Shown one piece after another: positions 8,273-17,488 of a stretch of DNA of 64,000 nt. The position numbers and the translations under genes are program-made. The DNA comes from Polymorphobacter sp. GTDB taxonomy: Bacteria > Pseudomonadota > Alphaproteobacteria > Sphingomonadales > Sphingomonadaceae. The stretch spans positions 653 to 64,652 of the forward strand of contig JBMOGO010000004.1 of NCBI GenBank assembly GCA_049318305.1, written 5' to 3'. Every line of letters starts with the position of its first letter. Position 1 is the first letter of the stretch. The notes under the pieces are model-generated. The model ran no database searches and was not told the origin of the DNA. It saw only the letters and a program-made list of their open reading frames with translations.

Positions 8273-9649
8273 ATGGACACGCTCGATATCGCCTTCGCCG
8301 AAGTGCGCCGCTATCTGGAGTCGCTGACGACCCGGCCGGTGGCGTCGCGCGGTACGCCCGCGATGATGCGTGCCCCGTTGCCGGCGCATTTTCCGGATCA
8401 CGGCATGTCCTCCACCGCTGTCGTGCGCGCCATCGCGGCCGCTGCCGAGCCCGGCCTTACCGCCAATGCCGGCGGACGCTTTTTTGCCTGGGTCAAGGGC
8501 GGCGCGTTGCCGGCGGCGCTCGCCACCGACATCATGTGTTCCGGGTGGGACCAGAATGCCGTGCTGGCGTCCACCAGTCCGGCCGCCGCTGTTCTGGAGG
8601 AGCTTGCCGGGCAGTTCCTGCTCGAGGCGCTGCGTCTGCCCGCCGACGCCAGTTATGCCTTCGTCACCGGTTGCCAGATGGCGCATGCCACCGCGCTTGC
8701 CGCCGCGCGCCATGCCGTGCTGGCTCGCGCCGGCTGGGATGTCGAACGCCGCGGCCTCGTCGGCGCTCCGGCAATCCGGGTGCTCGCCAATGCGCATCGC
8801 CATTCATCGGTCGACCGGGCGCTGCGACTGCTCGGGCTGGGGACCGATTGTATCGTGCCGCTGGGCGGCGGTGCCCCCGGCCGGGTGGGCGCCGCGGCGC
8901 TGTCGGCGGCGCTGGCCGACGCGGCAGGCGCCCCGACCATCCTTGTCCTCAATGCGGGCGATCTCAACATCGGCGCCTGTGATGATTTTGCAGCGCTGTG
9001 CCCCATCGCGCAGGCGGCGGGCGCGTGGGTGCATGTCGATGGCGCTTTCGGCCTGTGGGCCAATGCCAGCCCGCGGCTGGCGCCGCAGGTGGCCGGGGTG
9101 GAACTGGCCGACAGCTGGGCCACCGACGGCCACAAATGGCTCAACACGCCCTATGATTGCGGCATGGCGATCACCCGCGATCCGGCGGCGCACGCCGCGG
9201 CGATGCGGATGACGGCAGTCTATCTCACCAGTGGCGGTGATGTGCGCGACCCCATGGACTTCACCCCCGAATGGTCACGCCGTGCCCGGGCGCTGCCAGC
9301 GCTGGCGGCACTGATGGAGCTGGGCCGCGACGGGCTGGCGGCGTTGATCGAGCGCTGCTGCGACCATGCCGCCGCGATTCACGATGGCATCGCCGCGCTG
9401 CCTGGCGCGACCGGCATCGCCCGACCGACCCTCAACCAGGGGCTGATCCGTTTCGATGCCGCCGATGGCGGTAACATCAGTGACGATGTTATCGCGGCGA
9501 TCAACGCCAGTGGCGAAGCGTTCATGAGCGGCGGCGTGTGGGCCGGCGAGCGGGTGATGCGCATCAGCGTCTGCGGCTGGAACACCAGTGCCGATGACGT
9601 GGCGCGCACGGTGGCAGCGGCGAAGAAGGCTCTGGAGGCGCTGCGTTAA
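8273..9649 (+). CDS. pyridoxal-phosphate-dependent (group II-like) decarboxylase
   Basis: PLP-lysine motif SWATDGHKWLNTPYDCG and fold-type I pattern. Start set at ATG 8273 (MDTLDIAFAEV); the track start 8153 overlaps the divergent gene. Confidence 0.75.
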   Translation: MDTLDIAFAEVRRYLESLTTRPVASRGTPAMMRAPLPAHFPDHGMSSTAVVRAIAAAAEPGLTANAGGRFFAWVKGGALPAALATDIMCSGWDQNAVLASTSPAAAVLEELAGQFLLEALRLPADASYAFVTGCQMAHATALAAARHAVLARAGWDVERRGLVGAPAIRVLANAHRHSSVDRALRLLGLGTDCIVPLGGGAPGRVGAAALSAALADAAGAPTILVLNAGDLNIGACDDFAALCPIAQAAGAWVHVDGAFGLWANASPRLAPQVAGVELADSWATDGHKWLNTPYDCGMAITRDPAAHAAAMRMTAVYLTSGGDVRDPMDFTPEWSRRARALPALAALMELGRDGLAALIERCCDHAAAIHDGIAALPGATGIARPTLNQGLIRFDAADGGNISDDVIAAINASGEAFMSGGVWAGERVMRISVCGWNTSADDVARTVAAAKKALEALR

Positions 9650-11148
9650 TCGACCTTGCCGGCAAACCCATCGCGCAGTTCGCGTTTCAGCACCTTGCCG
9701 ATGTGGCTGCGCGGCAGTTCGTCGACGAGAACCAGGTCAGCGAGGCGCTGGGTCTTGCCTAGCCCGGCATTGGCGGCGGTGCGCAGGGCGGCAGCATCGG
9801 CGCCGGGGGCGACGACGAAGGCCACCGGGGTTTCGCCCCAGCGATCCGACGCGACGCCGACCACGGCAGCCTCGACGACACCGGGCTGCGCCAGGATGAC
9901 GGCTTCGATGTCGCTGGGGTAGATGTTGAAGCCGCCTGAAATGATCATGTCCTTGGCGCGGTCCATCAGCGTCAGGAAGCCATCGGCATCGATCCGGCCG
10001 ATATCGCCGGTGCGCAGCCATTTCGATCCGTCCGGCGCGGTCCAAAAGGCCTTGTCGGTCAGGTCGGGCCGGTTCTTGTAGCCGTTCATCGTCGCGGCCG
10101 ACTGGCCGACAATCTCGCCGGGGGTGCCGGGCGGCACATCATGGCCATCCTCGTCGATGATCCGCACGGCATGGCCGTCGCTGGGGCGGCCGACGGTGTG
10201 CAGCTTGTCGGGGTGGAGATGCGCCGGGAAAATGAAGCTGACCCCGCCTTCGGTCATGCCGAAAAATTCGACCAGGCCGCCCGGCATCCGTTGCAGCACT
10301 TCGGCCTTCAATTCGGCCGGAAACGGCGCCGACGTGCAGAATTTCATAACCAGCGAAAGCTTGTGGTCGTCAAACGCCGGGTCGGCGAGCAGGCGGCGAT
10401 ACTGGACCGGCACCAGCATCGTGTGGGTCGCGGCGTGGGTCTCGGCAAGCCTCAGCCATTCGCCGCTGTTGAACTTTGGTTGCAGCACCACGGTGCCGCC
10501 CCACGCCAGCGTCGGCAGGAACGCGACCAGAGTGGTGTTCGAATAAAGCGGGGTGGACAACAGGCTGATGCTGTTGCTGTCATAGCCGAGCACCTTGCCG
10601 CCGACGATGTGCAGCGACCGCATCGCCGCCGACTGGATGATGCCCTTGGGCGTGCCTGTGGTGCCGGAGGAATAGATGATGTTGAAGGCGCTGTCGGGAT
10701 CGAGCGCGGCCAGCGGCGGCAGTTCGGCGCTGGCATCGATCCAGCTGTCAAGATCATCAAGATCGACCAGCACGCGGTCGGCGAGCACGGCGCCGAAATC
10801 GGCGCGGGCGGCGGCATCGACGAACACCAGGCGCGCGCCGGAATCGGCGACCATCGCGGCAATCTGGTCGGGCGTCGACGATGGCGCCAGCGGGGCCACG
10901 GTGGCGCGCAGCCGCAGAATTGCCGCCCACATGACGGCGTAATCGACCGACGACGCAGCGATGATCGCTACTGCATCGCCAGGCGCGGTGCCCAGCTTGG
11001 CGAGCGTCGCTGCAACGCTGTCGGCGCGCGCGGCGAATGCGGCATAGTCCAGTCGCCGCTCCCCGCAAACGACGGCGATATGGTCGGGACGAGCCGCAGC
11101 GGTGGCGGCGACGGCGGCGGGAAAATCGAAACAGCTCATGCCCGCCAC
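9646..11148 (-). CDS. AMP-dependent acyl-CoA synthetase/ligase
   Basis: 500 aa. AMP-binding core IIYSSGTTGTPKG, plus TGDIG...DGF..L.DR.KD and a C-terminal GK motif. Confidence 0.85.
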   Translation of the reverse strand: MAGMSCFDFPAAVAATAAARPDHIAVVCGERRLDYAAFAARADSVAATLAKLGTAPGDAVAIIAASSVDYAVMWAAILRLRATVAPLAPSSTPDQIAAMVADSGARLVFVDAAARADFGAVLADRVLVDLDDLDSWIDASAELPPLAALDPDSAFNIIYSSGTTGTPKGIIQSAAMRSLHIVGGKVLGYDSNSISLLSTPLYSNTTLVAFLPTLAWGGTVVLQPKFNSGEWLRLAETHAATHTMLVPVQYRRLLADPAFDDHKLSLVMKFCTSAPFPAELKAEVLQRMPGGLVEFFGMTEGGVSFIFPAHLHPDKLHTVGRPSDGHAVRIIDEDGHDVPPGTPGEIVGQSAATMNGYKNRPDLTDKAFWTAPDGSKWLRTGDIGRIDADGFLTLMDRAKDMIISGGFNIYPSDIEAVILAQPGVVEAAVVGVASDRWGETPVAFVVAPGADAAALRTAANAGLGKTQRLADLVLVDELPRSHIGKVLKRELRDGFAGKVD

Positions 11149-11184
11149 GGTGGCGGCGGCGGGCGCCGCTGTCCAGCCATCAGT

Positions 11185-11496
11185 TCAGGCGGCGGCGTCG
11201 ATCTTCTGCACGGCGCGGATTTCGCCGGCTTCGAATTCTGCCGGCACCAGCGTGCGCAGCGCGGACAGGTGATACTCGCGCTGTGCGGTCAATCGGGCAT
11301 GATGATCCGGATTGTTGTGCGCGCCGGCCAGCGCGAGACCGAGCGCGTCTGCCGCGCGGCGGTGGAGCACGATCTTCTTTTGCATGGAGCGATCCAGCCA
11401 CGACGGCGTCAGCTTGATGATCGGATAGAGGAACACCGCGATCGTTGTCAGCGAGAACAACAGCAACAGGCCGTTGACGTAGGGGGAACTGGTCAT
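11185..11496 (-). CDS. hypothetical single-pass membrane protein
   Basis: 103 aa from MTSSPYVNGLLLLFSLTTIAVFLYPII. No recognisable family. Confidence 0.4.
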   Translation of the reverse strand: MTSSPYVNGLLLLFSLTTIAVFLYPIIKLTPSWLDRSMQKKIVLHRRAADALGLALAGAHNNPDHHARLTAQREYHLSALRTLVPAEFEAGEIRAVQKIDAAA

Positions 11497-11605
11497 GCCG
11501 ATCCTTGCAAAGCCGTGACCACGCAAAGCCATGGACGATTTTGACCGCAGTAGCAGCCTTGGTGGTGAAAAGGTGCTGCGCGTTATGACGCGGGGGGCTT
11601 CGCGG

Positions 11606-11935
11606 CTATTTGCTTCCGGCGGTCCAGGTCTTGGCTTCCTGCACTTCAGTCGTGCGGCCGGCGCGATCGTAAAGGCATAGCATCACCGCGCGGGCGTTAT
11701 TCATATGCTTGGGGCGCCAGATCCCGGTCACCAGCACGGCGGTCTTGCCGGCGGCATCGCTGAAAATTACCGGCTTGCCCAGGGTCGCGGCATTTTTGAG
11801 GTCGGAGGCCTTGCGGCACGCCGCCTTGGCTTCGGTCAGACCTTGCGCGATGGCGTCGGGAGTCGCTGCGCTGGCCGGCATGGCAACGGTAAACAGGGCA
11901 ACGGCAAACAGGGCGGCGACGAGAATCAGGCGCAT
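11606..11935 (-). CDS. hypothetical secreted protein
   Basis: 109 aa. Signal peptide MRLILVAALFAVALFTVAMPASA. No recognisable family. Confidence 0.45.
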   Translation of the reverse strand: MRLILVAALFAVALFTVAMPASAATPDAIAQGLTEAKAACRKASDLKNAATLGKPVIFSDAAGKTAVLVTGIWRPKHMNNARAVMLCLYDRAGRTTEVQEAKTWTAGSK

Positions 11936-11952
11936 GATGGTCTCCCAACAGC

Positions 11953-11985
11953 AAAAGGGCGACCGCACCAATGGCACGGCCGCCC
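11953..11985 (-). terminator. rho-independent terminator downstream of the cold-shock gene
   Basis: Minus strand: GGGCGGCCG - 11-nt loop - CGGUCGCCC (9 bp with one G-U), followed by UUUUG, 24 nt after the csp stop. Confidence 0.6.
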
Positions 11986-12008
11986 CCTTACATGAATTAA
12001 CGCTGCAA

Positions 12009-12857
12009 TCAGAGCGAGGTGATGTTCACCGCTGCCTGCTTGCCACGACGATCTTCTTCGAGCTCGAACGAGATCCGCTGACCTTCGTTGAGGTTCGACA
12101 TGCCGGCACGTTCGACGGCCGAAATGTGGACAAAGGCGTCGGGGCCACCGTCTTCACGCTGGATGAAGCCGAAACCCTTTTGGCCGTTGAAGAACTTCAC
12201 CGTGCCCTCGACACGTTCGCCGTTCGTCGCGGGCGCAGCATCACGGTCACGACCGAAACCACCGCTGGGAGCAGCGCGAGCCGGACGATCGCCGTAACCA
12301 CCACCGTCACGCTCACGCGGCGGGGCGCGATCGGTGACCGGCAACGGTTCACCGTCGATGACGATGTCGGTTGCCGAGACGCGGCCATTGCGCTCGGTCA
12401 GGGTGAATTCGAGCGGCTGGCCATCGGCCAGGCCGGTGAGACCGGCAGCTTCGACTGCCGAAATATGGACGAACACGTCTTCGCCGCCGTCATCGCGAAC
12501 GACGAAGCCAAAGCCCTTTTGGCCGTTGAAGAACTTTACAACGCCCTTGACAGTGCCAAGATTCACGCCGGGACCCATGTCACGCGGGGGGCGCGGGCCA
12601 CCAAAGCCACCGCCGCCGCTCGGCCGACCGCCAAAGCCGCCACCGCCGCCGGCACCACCGCCGCCGCCACGATTGCCGCCGCCGCCGCCGAAGCGATCAC
12701 CGCCGCCGCCGCCGTAACCACCGCCGCCGCCGCCGCCGAAACGGTCACCACCGCCGCCGCCGTAGCTGCTGCCGCCTTCAAACTGGTCGAACCCGCGCTC
12801 ACGCTTGTCGAAACCACCACCACGCCCGGCACCACGTCCGCGTCGATCAAAGCTCAT
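12009..12857 (-). CDS. cold-shock-domain protein with two CSDs and a Gly/Arg/Phe-rich N-terminal extension
   Basis: 282 aa. Two copies of RNP1/RNP2 (KFFNGQKGFGFV..VFVHISA and KFFNGQKGFGFI..AFVHISA). First about 95 aa are GGGGG/DRFGGGG/RGG low complexity. Confidence 0.85.
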   Translation of the reverse strand: MSFDRRGRGAGRGGGFDKRERGFDQFEGGSSYGGGGGDRFGGGGGGGYGGGGGDRFGGGGGNRGGGGGAGGGGGFGGRPSGGGGFGGPRPPRDMGPGVNLGTVKGVVKFFNGQKGFGFVVRDDGGEDVFVHISAVEAAGLTGLADGQPLEFTLTERNGRVSATDIVIDGEPLPVTDRAPPRERDGGGYGDRPARAAPSGGFGRDRDAAPATNGERVEGTVKFFNGQKGFGFIQREDGGPDAFVHISAVERAGMSNLNEGQRISFELEEDRRGKQAAVNITSL

Positions 12858-13048
12858 TTTCTGTCCAAGTCTTCCATAGTCAGTAGAATGCGGTGCCCGT
12901 CGGTGCCGATGCGGTGAAGTACAAAGCGTCGAACCCAAATTGCTCCGACAATGTCCATACAGGATTTTCCCCGAGTCGGCGAGGGGGATTCGATAGGCAG
13001 TATTCGGCTGGAATTTCGGCAGTAAATCCGCTCGCGGCCAGCGATCGG

Positions 13049-13801
13049 TCACAGCCTGCGGGTCACCAACGACGCAATCCAGCCGGCCAGCAGCGCCACC
13101 GCTACCGCCGCCAGACCATAAGCCAGGCTATGGTCCTGCGCCATCACATAGACCCAGCGTTCGAACCCGGATTTGCCGATGCTGATCGGCGTCGTTGAAC
13201 TGGCAATGACCCGGCCTTTGCGGATCAAGTGGATTTCGGCGGTATAGTCCCCCACCGGCACGATTGCAGGAATGGCGATCCGCGCCCGGTACAGCACGTT
13301 GCGAGTCACGGTAACGGCGTCGCCATCTTCGAAGAACAGCCCTGACTGGCGTTTGGCCGCGATCAGCCCGCGTTCGAAAATGCCGGTCTCGGCGTCGCTG
13401 ATGCCGCTCGCAGGCGAGAGCTGCAGGTTGCCGATGCCGATTTCATAGATGGCGGTGGTGCGATCATCGGCCAATTGGTCGATCGGCCGTGTCGTCGCCA
13501 CCGCATAAAAGCCCGGCACGCTTTCGAACCGCACGGCATCGGTGTTGAGCCAGATGCCGGCAACCCGCTCCTTGCGGCGCACTGTCACCGGCTCGGCGGG
13601 GCCGCGCACCACGATGGCGATATCCGGCGGCGCATCGGGCACCGCGCCGGCGGGATATTGGATCGCGCCGAAGACCAGCAGGTCGGCGCCCTTGAACGTG
13701 GTGTTGATGTCGATCCGGCCCTGGCTGAGATCGGTAATCAACGTTGTCGGTGACGCCGCCACCAGCAGCAGCCACGCCAGCAAGGCGAACATCGGCCTCA
13801 T
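13049..13801 (-). CDS. TIGR02186-like alphaproteobacterial membrane-anchored protein
   Basis: 250 aa. Signal peptide plus C-terminal TM helix. Recalled as the family that pairs with TauE/SafE (DUF81) permeases. ATGA-type overlap with the upstream permease. Confidence 0.5.
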   Translation of the reverse strand: MRPMFALLAWLLLVAASPTTLITDLSQGRIDINTTFKGADLLVFGAIQYPAGAVPDAPPDIAIVVRGPAEPVTVRRKERVAGIWLNTDAVRFESVPGFYAVATTRPIDQLADDRTTAIYEIGIGNLQLSPASGISDAETGIFERGLIAAKRQSGLFFEDGDAVTVTRNVLYRARIAIPAIVPVGDYTAEIHLIRKGRVIASSTTPISIGKSGFERWVYVMAQDHSLAYGLAAVAVALLAGWIASLVTRRL

Positions 13802-14727
13802 TGCGGGCCATAGAGGGTGAACAGCGTCTCGGGCTGCACCGTCAACCCGAACAACAGCCCGGCGGCCACCGCCAGCACGATCAGCGCCAATGCCAGCCGC
13901 AGCTTTTCAGGCTTTAGCCGCTGTGCCGCCTGCACGCCGAATTGCGCCCCCGCCACCCCGCCGACCAGCAGCAGCAGCGCCAGCACGATATCGACCGATT
14001 TCGACGACGTCGCGTGCAGCAAGGTCGTCGCCGCCGTGACAAAAATGATCTGGAACAGCGAGGTGCCGACAACGGCACTTGCCGACATGCCGAGCAGATA
14101 GATCATCGCCGGCACCATGATGAAGCCGCCACCGATACCCATGATGACGGTCAGAACGCCGACGATGGCACCCAGCAGCAGCGGAGCCAGCGGTGAGATA
14201 TACAGGCCGGAGCGGTAGAAACGCGTCTTGCCCGGCAACGCCGCGATCCACGGCACATGGCGCCGCAGGCGTGCCGGCGGGCGTTCACCACCGGCGGCAA
14301 TGGCGCGTTCGACCTTCAGGGCGGCAATGGCCTCGCGCAGCATCAGGGTGCCGATGACGCCCAGGAACACCACATAGATGATGTTGATGGTGACATCGAT
14401 CTGGCCGATTTTCTGCAACTGGCGAAAGATCAACTGGCCCACTCCGGCGCCAACCACGCCGCCGGCCACCAGCACGCCGCCCATTTTCATATCGACCTGG
14501 CCGCGCCGCCAATAGGCCAGCGCGCCTGATACGCTGGCGCCGGTGATCTGTGTCGCGGACGATGCCACCGCAACAGCAGGCGGGATGCCATAGAAAATCA
14601 GCAGTGGCGTCGTCAGAAAGCCGCCGCCAACGCCGAACATGCCCGACAGAAAGCCGACGCCGGCCCCCAGCAGGATGATGAAGATGGCGTTGACCGACAT
14701 CTCGGCGATGGGAAGGTACAGGTCCAT
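13798..14727 (-). CDS. TauE/SafE (DUF81) family anion exporter
   Basis: 309 aa. Two 4-TM halves with GGGF.T/MVP motifs (GVGGGFLTTPLL, GIGGGFIMVPAM). Confidence 0.8.
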   Translation of the reverse strand: MDLYLPIAEMSVNAIFIILLGAGVGFLSGMFGVGGGFLTTPLLIFYGIPPAVAVASSATQITGASVSGALAYWRRGQVDMKMGGVLVAGGVVGAGVGQLIFRQLQKIGQIDVTINIIYVVFLGVIGTLMLREAIAALKVERAIAAGGERPPARLRRHVPWIAALPGKTRFYRSGLYISPLAPLLLGAIVGVLTVIMGIGGGFIMVPAMIYLLGMSASAVVGTSLFQIIFVTAATTLLHATSSKSVDIVLALLLLVGGVAGAQFGVQAAQRLKPEKLRLALALIVLAVAAGLLFGLTVQPETLFTLYGPQ

Positions 14728-14798
14728 GGTGATGGACCCGAGTCTTAGAGTCTATTCCGCAGGCGGGGAAGCGGCCGCGACCGCCGCGGCCGGTCGCA

Positions 14799-15716
14799 TC
14801 ATTTCGGTGCGGCCTTGGCAGCGGCGCGCCTGGCGTCGATCTGCTTCTTGAACGTGGTCCAGCTGGTTTCGTTCGGCCTGGTGTCATCGCCCGGCGGCGG
14901 CGCGGTATAGGCCGGATAACTGGCGGCGATCTCGTCGGTGATCACCTTGGGCAGGCCCGCGATACCGCCCGGCAGCGTCTGGCCGATGGCGTTGAAGATC
15001 ACGACGCCGCCGCGCCCGGTCATCTCCATCCATGGCAGCCAGGGCGACATGCGGACCCAGGCAACCGAGGCATTGGCACGCGGCTTGGCCGCGTCGAGCA
15101 GATCGGCCTCGTCAACGACAAAGTCGAATATCTCCATCGCGTGATATTGGTTGCCGACATATTGCTGATACTCGCCGCCCATCGTGTTGGTGTAGAACAA
15201 CGGCACCACCGTTGGCATAAACACGCGGCCGTTCTGAACGCGCGCATCGAGCGTATAGGGTTTGCCATCGGCGCCGATCGGGAATTGCGGGGCGCGCATG
15301 TTGACCGGATCATTGGCGACATGGCCCACATCGAGCGTCTTGCCGGTCCACGGGTTGGTCCAGGTGCGGATGATCGCGCCGGTCTTGGGGTCGGTGTACA
15401 ACATCAGTTCCCGGCTGACCTGGCGAAAGCCCTTGCCGCGCACCGGGTCGGTGACGGTCACGCACTGGCGGACATTCATGCCCTGCAGGTTAAACATATG
15501 CTTGTCGGCTTCGCCTTCGACGCGCGAATAGACCTCGCCGACCCAGTGATAAACGACAGCTTCGCCATCCTTCGTCGAACATTGCACCTTGCGGAATGCG
15601 GTGATCGCATCCTCCGGCTTGGCGAGGTCGAGGCGCTTTGGGGCGGCCGTGGCAGCGGTCATGGCGGCGGCGGTGATTGCGAGCGACAGTCCGGCGAGTA
15701 GCAGCGGTTTCAACAT
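14799..15716 (-). CDS. DUF1838-like secreted protein
   Basis: 305 aa from MLKPLLLAG (signal peptide). Recalled DUF1838 pattern WVGEVYS...LMLYTDPKTG..I..W.NPWTG....V.HVANDPVN. Confidence 0.5.
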   Translation of the reverse strand: MLKPLLLAGLSLAITAAAMTAATAAPKRLDLAKPEDAITAFRKVQCSTKDGEAVVYHWVGEVYSRVEGEADKHMFNLQGMNVRQCVTVTDPVRGKGFRQVSRELMLYTDPKTGAIIRTWTNPWTGKTLDVGHVANDPVNMRAPQFPIGADGKPYTLDARVQNGRVFMPTVVPLFYTNTMGGEYQQYVGNQYHAMEIFDFVVDEADLLDAAKPRANASVAWVRMSPWLPWMEMTGRGGVVIFNAIGQTLPGGIAGLPKVITDEIAASYPAYTAPPPGDDTRPNETSWTTFKKQIDARRAAAKAAPK

Positions 15717-15787
15717 GACGCACCCCCTTTTGGTTGACTTGGCGATTTGTCCGGACAAATTAGGTGCCAGTCAAGAGGGGAGCGTCC

Positions 15788-16297
15788 ATGCGCCGGGGAG
15801 TTATCGAGGTCGGTCCGCAGCGCTATCGCGAGAGCTATGGCCGCTATTTCGAGGAATTCACCGTTGGCGATGTCTATGAACACCGCCCCGGGCGCACCAT
15901 CACCGAGAACGACAATGTCTGGTTCACGCTGCTGACCATGAACACCCATCCGTCGCATTTCGACCATGTCTATGCAGCGAAAACCGAGTTCAAGAAGCCG
16001 CTGGTCAATTCGCCGCTGACCGTGGCGATTCTGGTCGGCATGAGTGTCTCGGATGTCAGCCAGAAGGCCGTCGCCAATCTCGGCTGGAAAGAAATTCGCA
16101 TGACGGCGCCGGTGTTCGCCGGTGACACGCTGTACGGCGAATCGGAAGTCATCGAAAAACGCGAATCGAAATCCCGGCCCGAACAGGGGCTGGTGACGAT
16201 CAAGACCACCGGCCGCAACCAGGACGGTGCGATTGTCTGCGATTTCCTGCGCACCATGCTGATCTGGAAACAGGGCTTCGGCCCCGGCGACGAATAA
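15788..16297 (+). CDS. MaoC-like (R)-specific enoyl-CoA hydratase/dehydratase
   Basis: Hot-dog fold pattern GRTITENDNVWFTLLTMNTHPSHFD...GDTLYGESEV. ATG 15788 follows AGAGGGGAG. Confidence 0.75.
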   Translation: MRRGVIEVGPQRYRESYGRYFEEFTVGDVYEHRPGRTITENDNVWFTLLTMNTHPSHFDHVYAAKTEFKKPLVNSPLTVAILVGMSVSDVSQKAVANLGWKEIRMTAPVFAGDTLYGESEVIEKRESKSRPEQGLVTIKTTGRNQDGAIVCDFLRTMLIWKQGFGPGDE

Positions 16298-16309
16298 CAG
16301 GGACGAACT

Positions 16310-17488
16310 ATGGCCACGGTCTATCAACAGAACCGCCAGGTCGATGCCGACTTCGAAGCGCAGCTGCTCGGCGCCATCGACAAATGGATCGATCGCGAGC
16401 TGCGTCCGGTCGTGCTCGAGCATGATCATGGCGACATCTGGCCCGAAGCGATCGTGGCCCAGATGGTCGATCTCGGGCTGTTTGGCGCCACCATAGGCGA
16501 GGCCTATGGCGGTCTTGGCCTGCCCGCCACCACCTATGCCAAGATCGTGGCGCGGATCAGCAGTTACTGGATGGCGCCGACCGGGATTTTCAACAGTCAC
16601 CTGATCATGGCGCTGGCGATCGAAAAATTCGGCACGCCGGCGCAAAAGGCCAAATGGCTGCCGAAAATGGCGCGCGGCGAAATCCGCGGCGGGCTGGCGC
16701 TGACCGAACCCGATGCCGGCACCGATTTGCAGGGTATCCGCATGACGGCCCGGCGCGATGGCGATGATTACATAGTCAACGGCACAAAGACGTGGATTTC
16801 GAACGGCATCTACGGCCATGCCTTTGCATTGCTGGTCAAGACCGACACCCACGCCGACCCGCGCTACAAGGGCATGAGCCTGTTCATCGCCGACAAGGGT
16901 CTGCCGGGTTTCAAGACCGGCAAGAAGATCAGGAAGCTGGGGTACAACAGTATAGATTCCGGCGAGCTGATTTTTGAAGATTGCCGGATTCCGGCGGACC
17001 AGTTGATCGGCGGCGTTGAAGGCCACGGCTTCTTCCAGGCCACTGGCGGGCTTGAACTGGGGCGGATCAATGTCGCGGCGCGCGGCGTCGGGTTGGCCGA
17101 AGGCAGTTTGCGGCTGGCGACCGACTATGCCCAGCAGCGCAAGACGATGGGCAAGCCGATCTGCGAACATCAGGCGATCCAGCTCAAGCTTGGCGAAATG
17201 GTGACGCGCGCCCGGGCGGCAAGGCTGCTGACGCTTGATGCCGCCGCTGCCTATGACCGCGGCGAGCGTGTCGACATGGAGGCCGGCATGGCGAAATATT
17301 TCGCCAGCGAGGCCGCGGTCGAAAATAGCCAGGAAGCCATGCGCATCTTCGGCGGCTACAGCTATTCCAAGGAGTTCGATATCGAGCGCTTCTACCGCGA
17401 TTCGATGCTGATGTGCATCGGCGAGGGCACCAACGAGATGCAGCGCATGATCATCGCGAAGCAATGGGTGAAGCGGAATCCCTGCTGA
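16310..17488 (+). CDS. acyl-CoA dehydrogenase
   Basis: 392 aa. LTEPDAGTDL, WISNG, C-terminal IGEGTNEMQRMIIA. Confidence 0.88.
   Translation: MATVYQQNRQVDADFEAQLLGAIDKWIDRELRPVVLEHDHGDIWPEAIVAQMVDLGLFGATIGEAYGGLGLPATTYAKIVARISSYWMAPTGIFNSHLIMALAIEKFGTPAQKAKWLPKMARGEIRGGLALTEPDAGTDLQGIRMTARRDGDDYIVNGTKTWISNGIYGHAFALLVKTDTHADPRYKGMSLFIADKGLPGFKTGKKIRKLGYNSIDSGELIFEDCRIPADQLIGGVEGHGFFQATGGLELGRINVAARGVGLAEGSLRLATDYAQQRKTMGKPICEHQAIQLKLGEMVTRARAARLLTLDAAAAYDRGERVDMEAGMAKYFASEAAVENSQEAMRIFGGYSYSKEFDIERFYRDSMLMCIGEGTNEMQRMIIAKQWVKRNPC

Noticed and set aside
7762-8982. 406-aa plus-strand ORF and 344-aa minus-strand ORF (7769..8803) across the membrane-protein/decarboxylase region
   Set aside because: Both are Arg-rich and out of frame with the PLP decarboxylase, which carries the DGHKWLN motif, and with the small membrane protein.
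12560-12830. GCC/GGC-rich DNA repeats as a non-coding satellite
   Set aside because: They are the coding sequence of the Gly-rich N-terminus of the cold-shock-domain protein on the minus strand.
15710-17464. 584-aa minus-strand ORF antisense to the MaoC and acyl-CoA dehydrogenase genes
   Set aside because: The sense-strand genes have unmistakable family motifs. The antisense product has low-complexity Arg/Ala/Gly composition.
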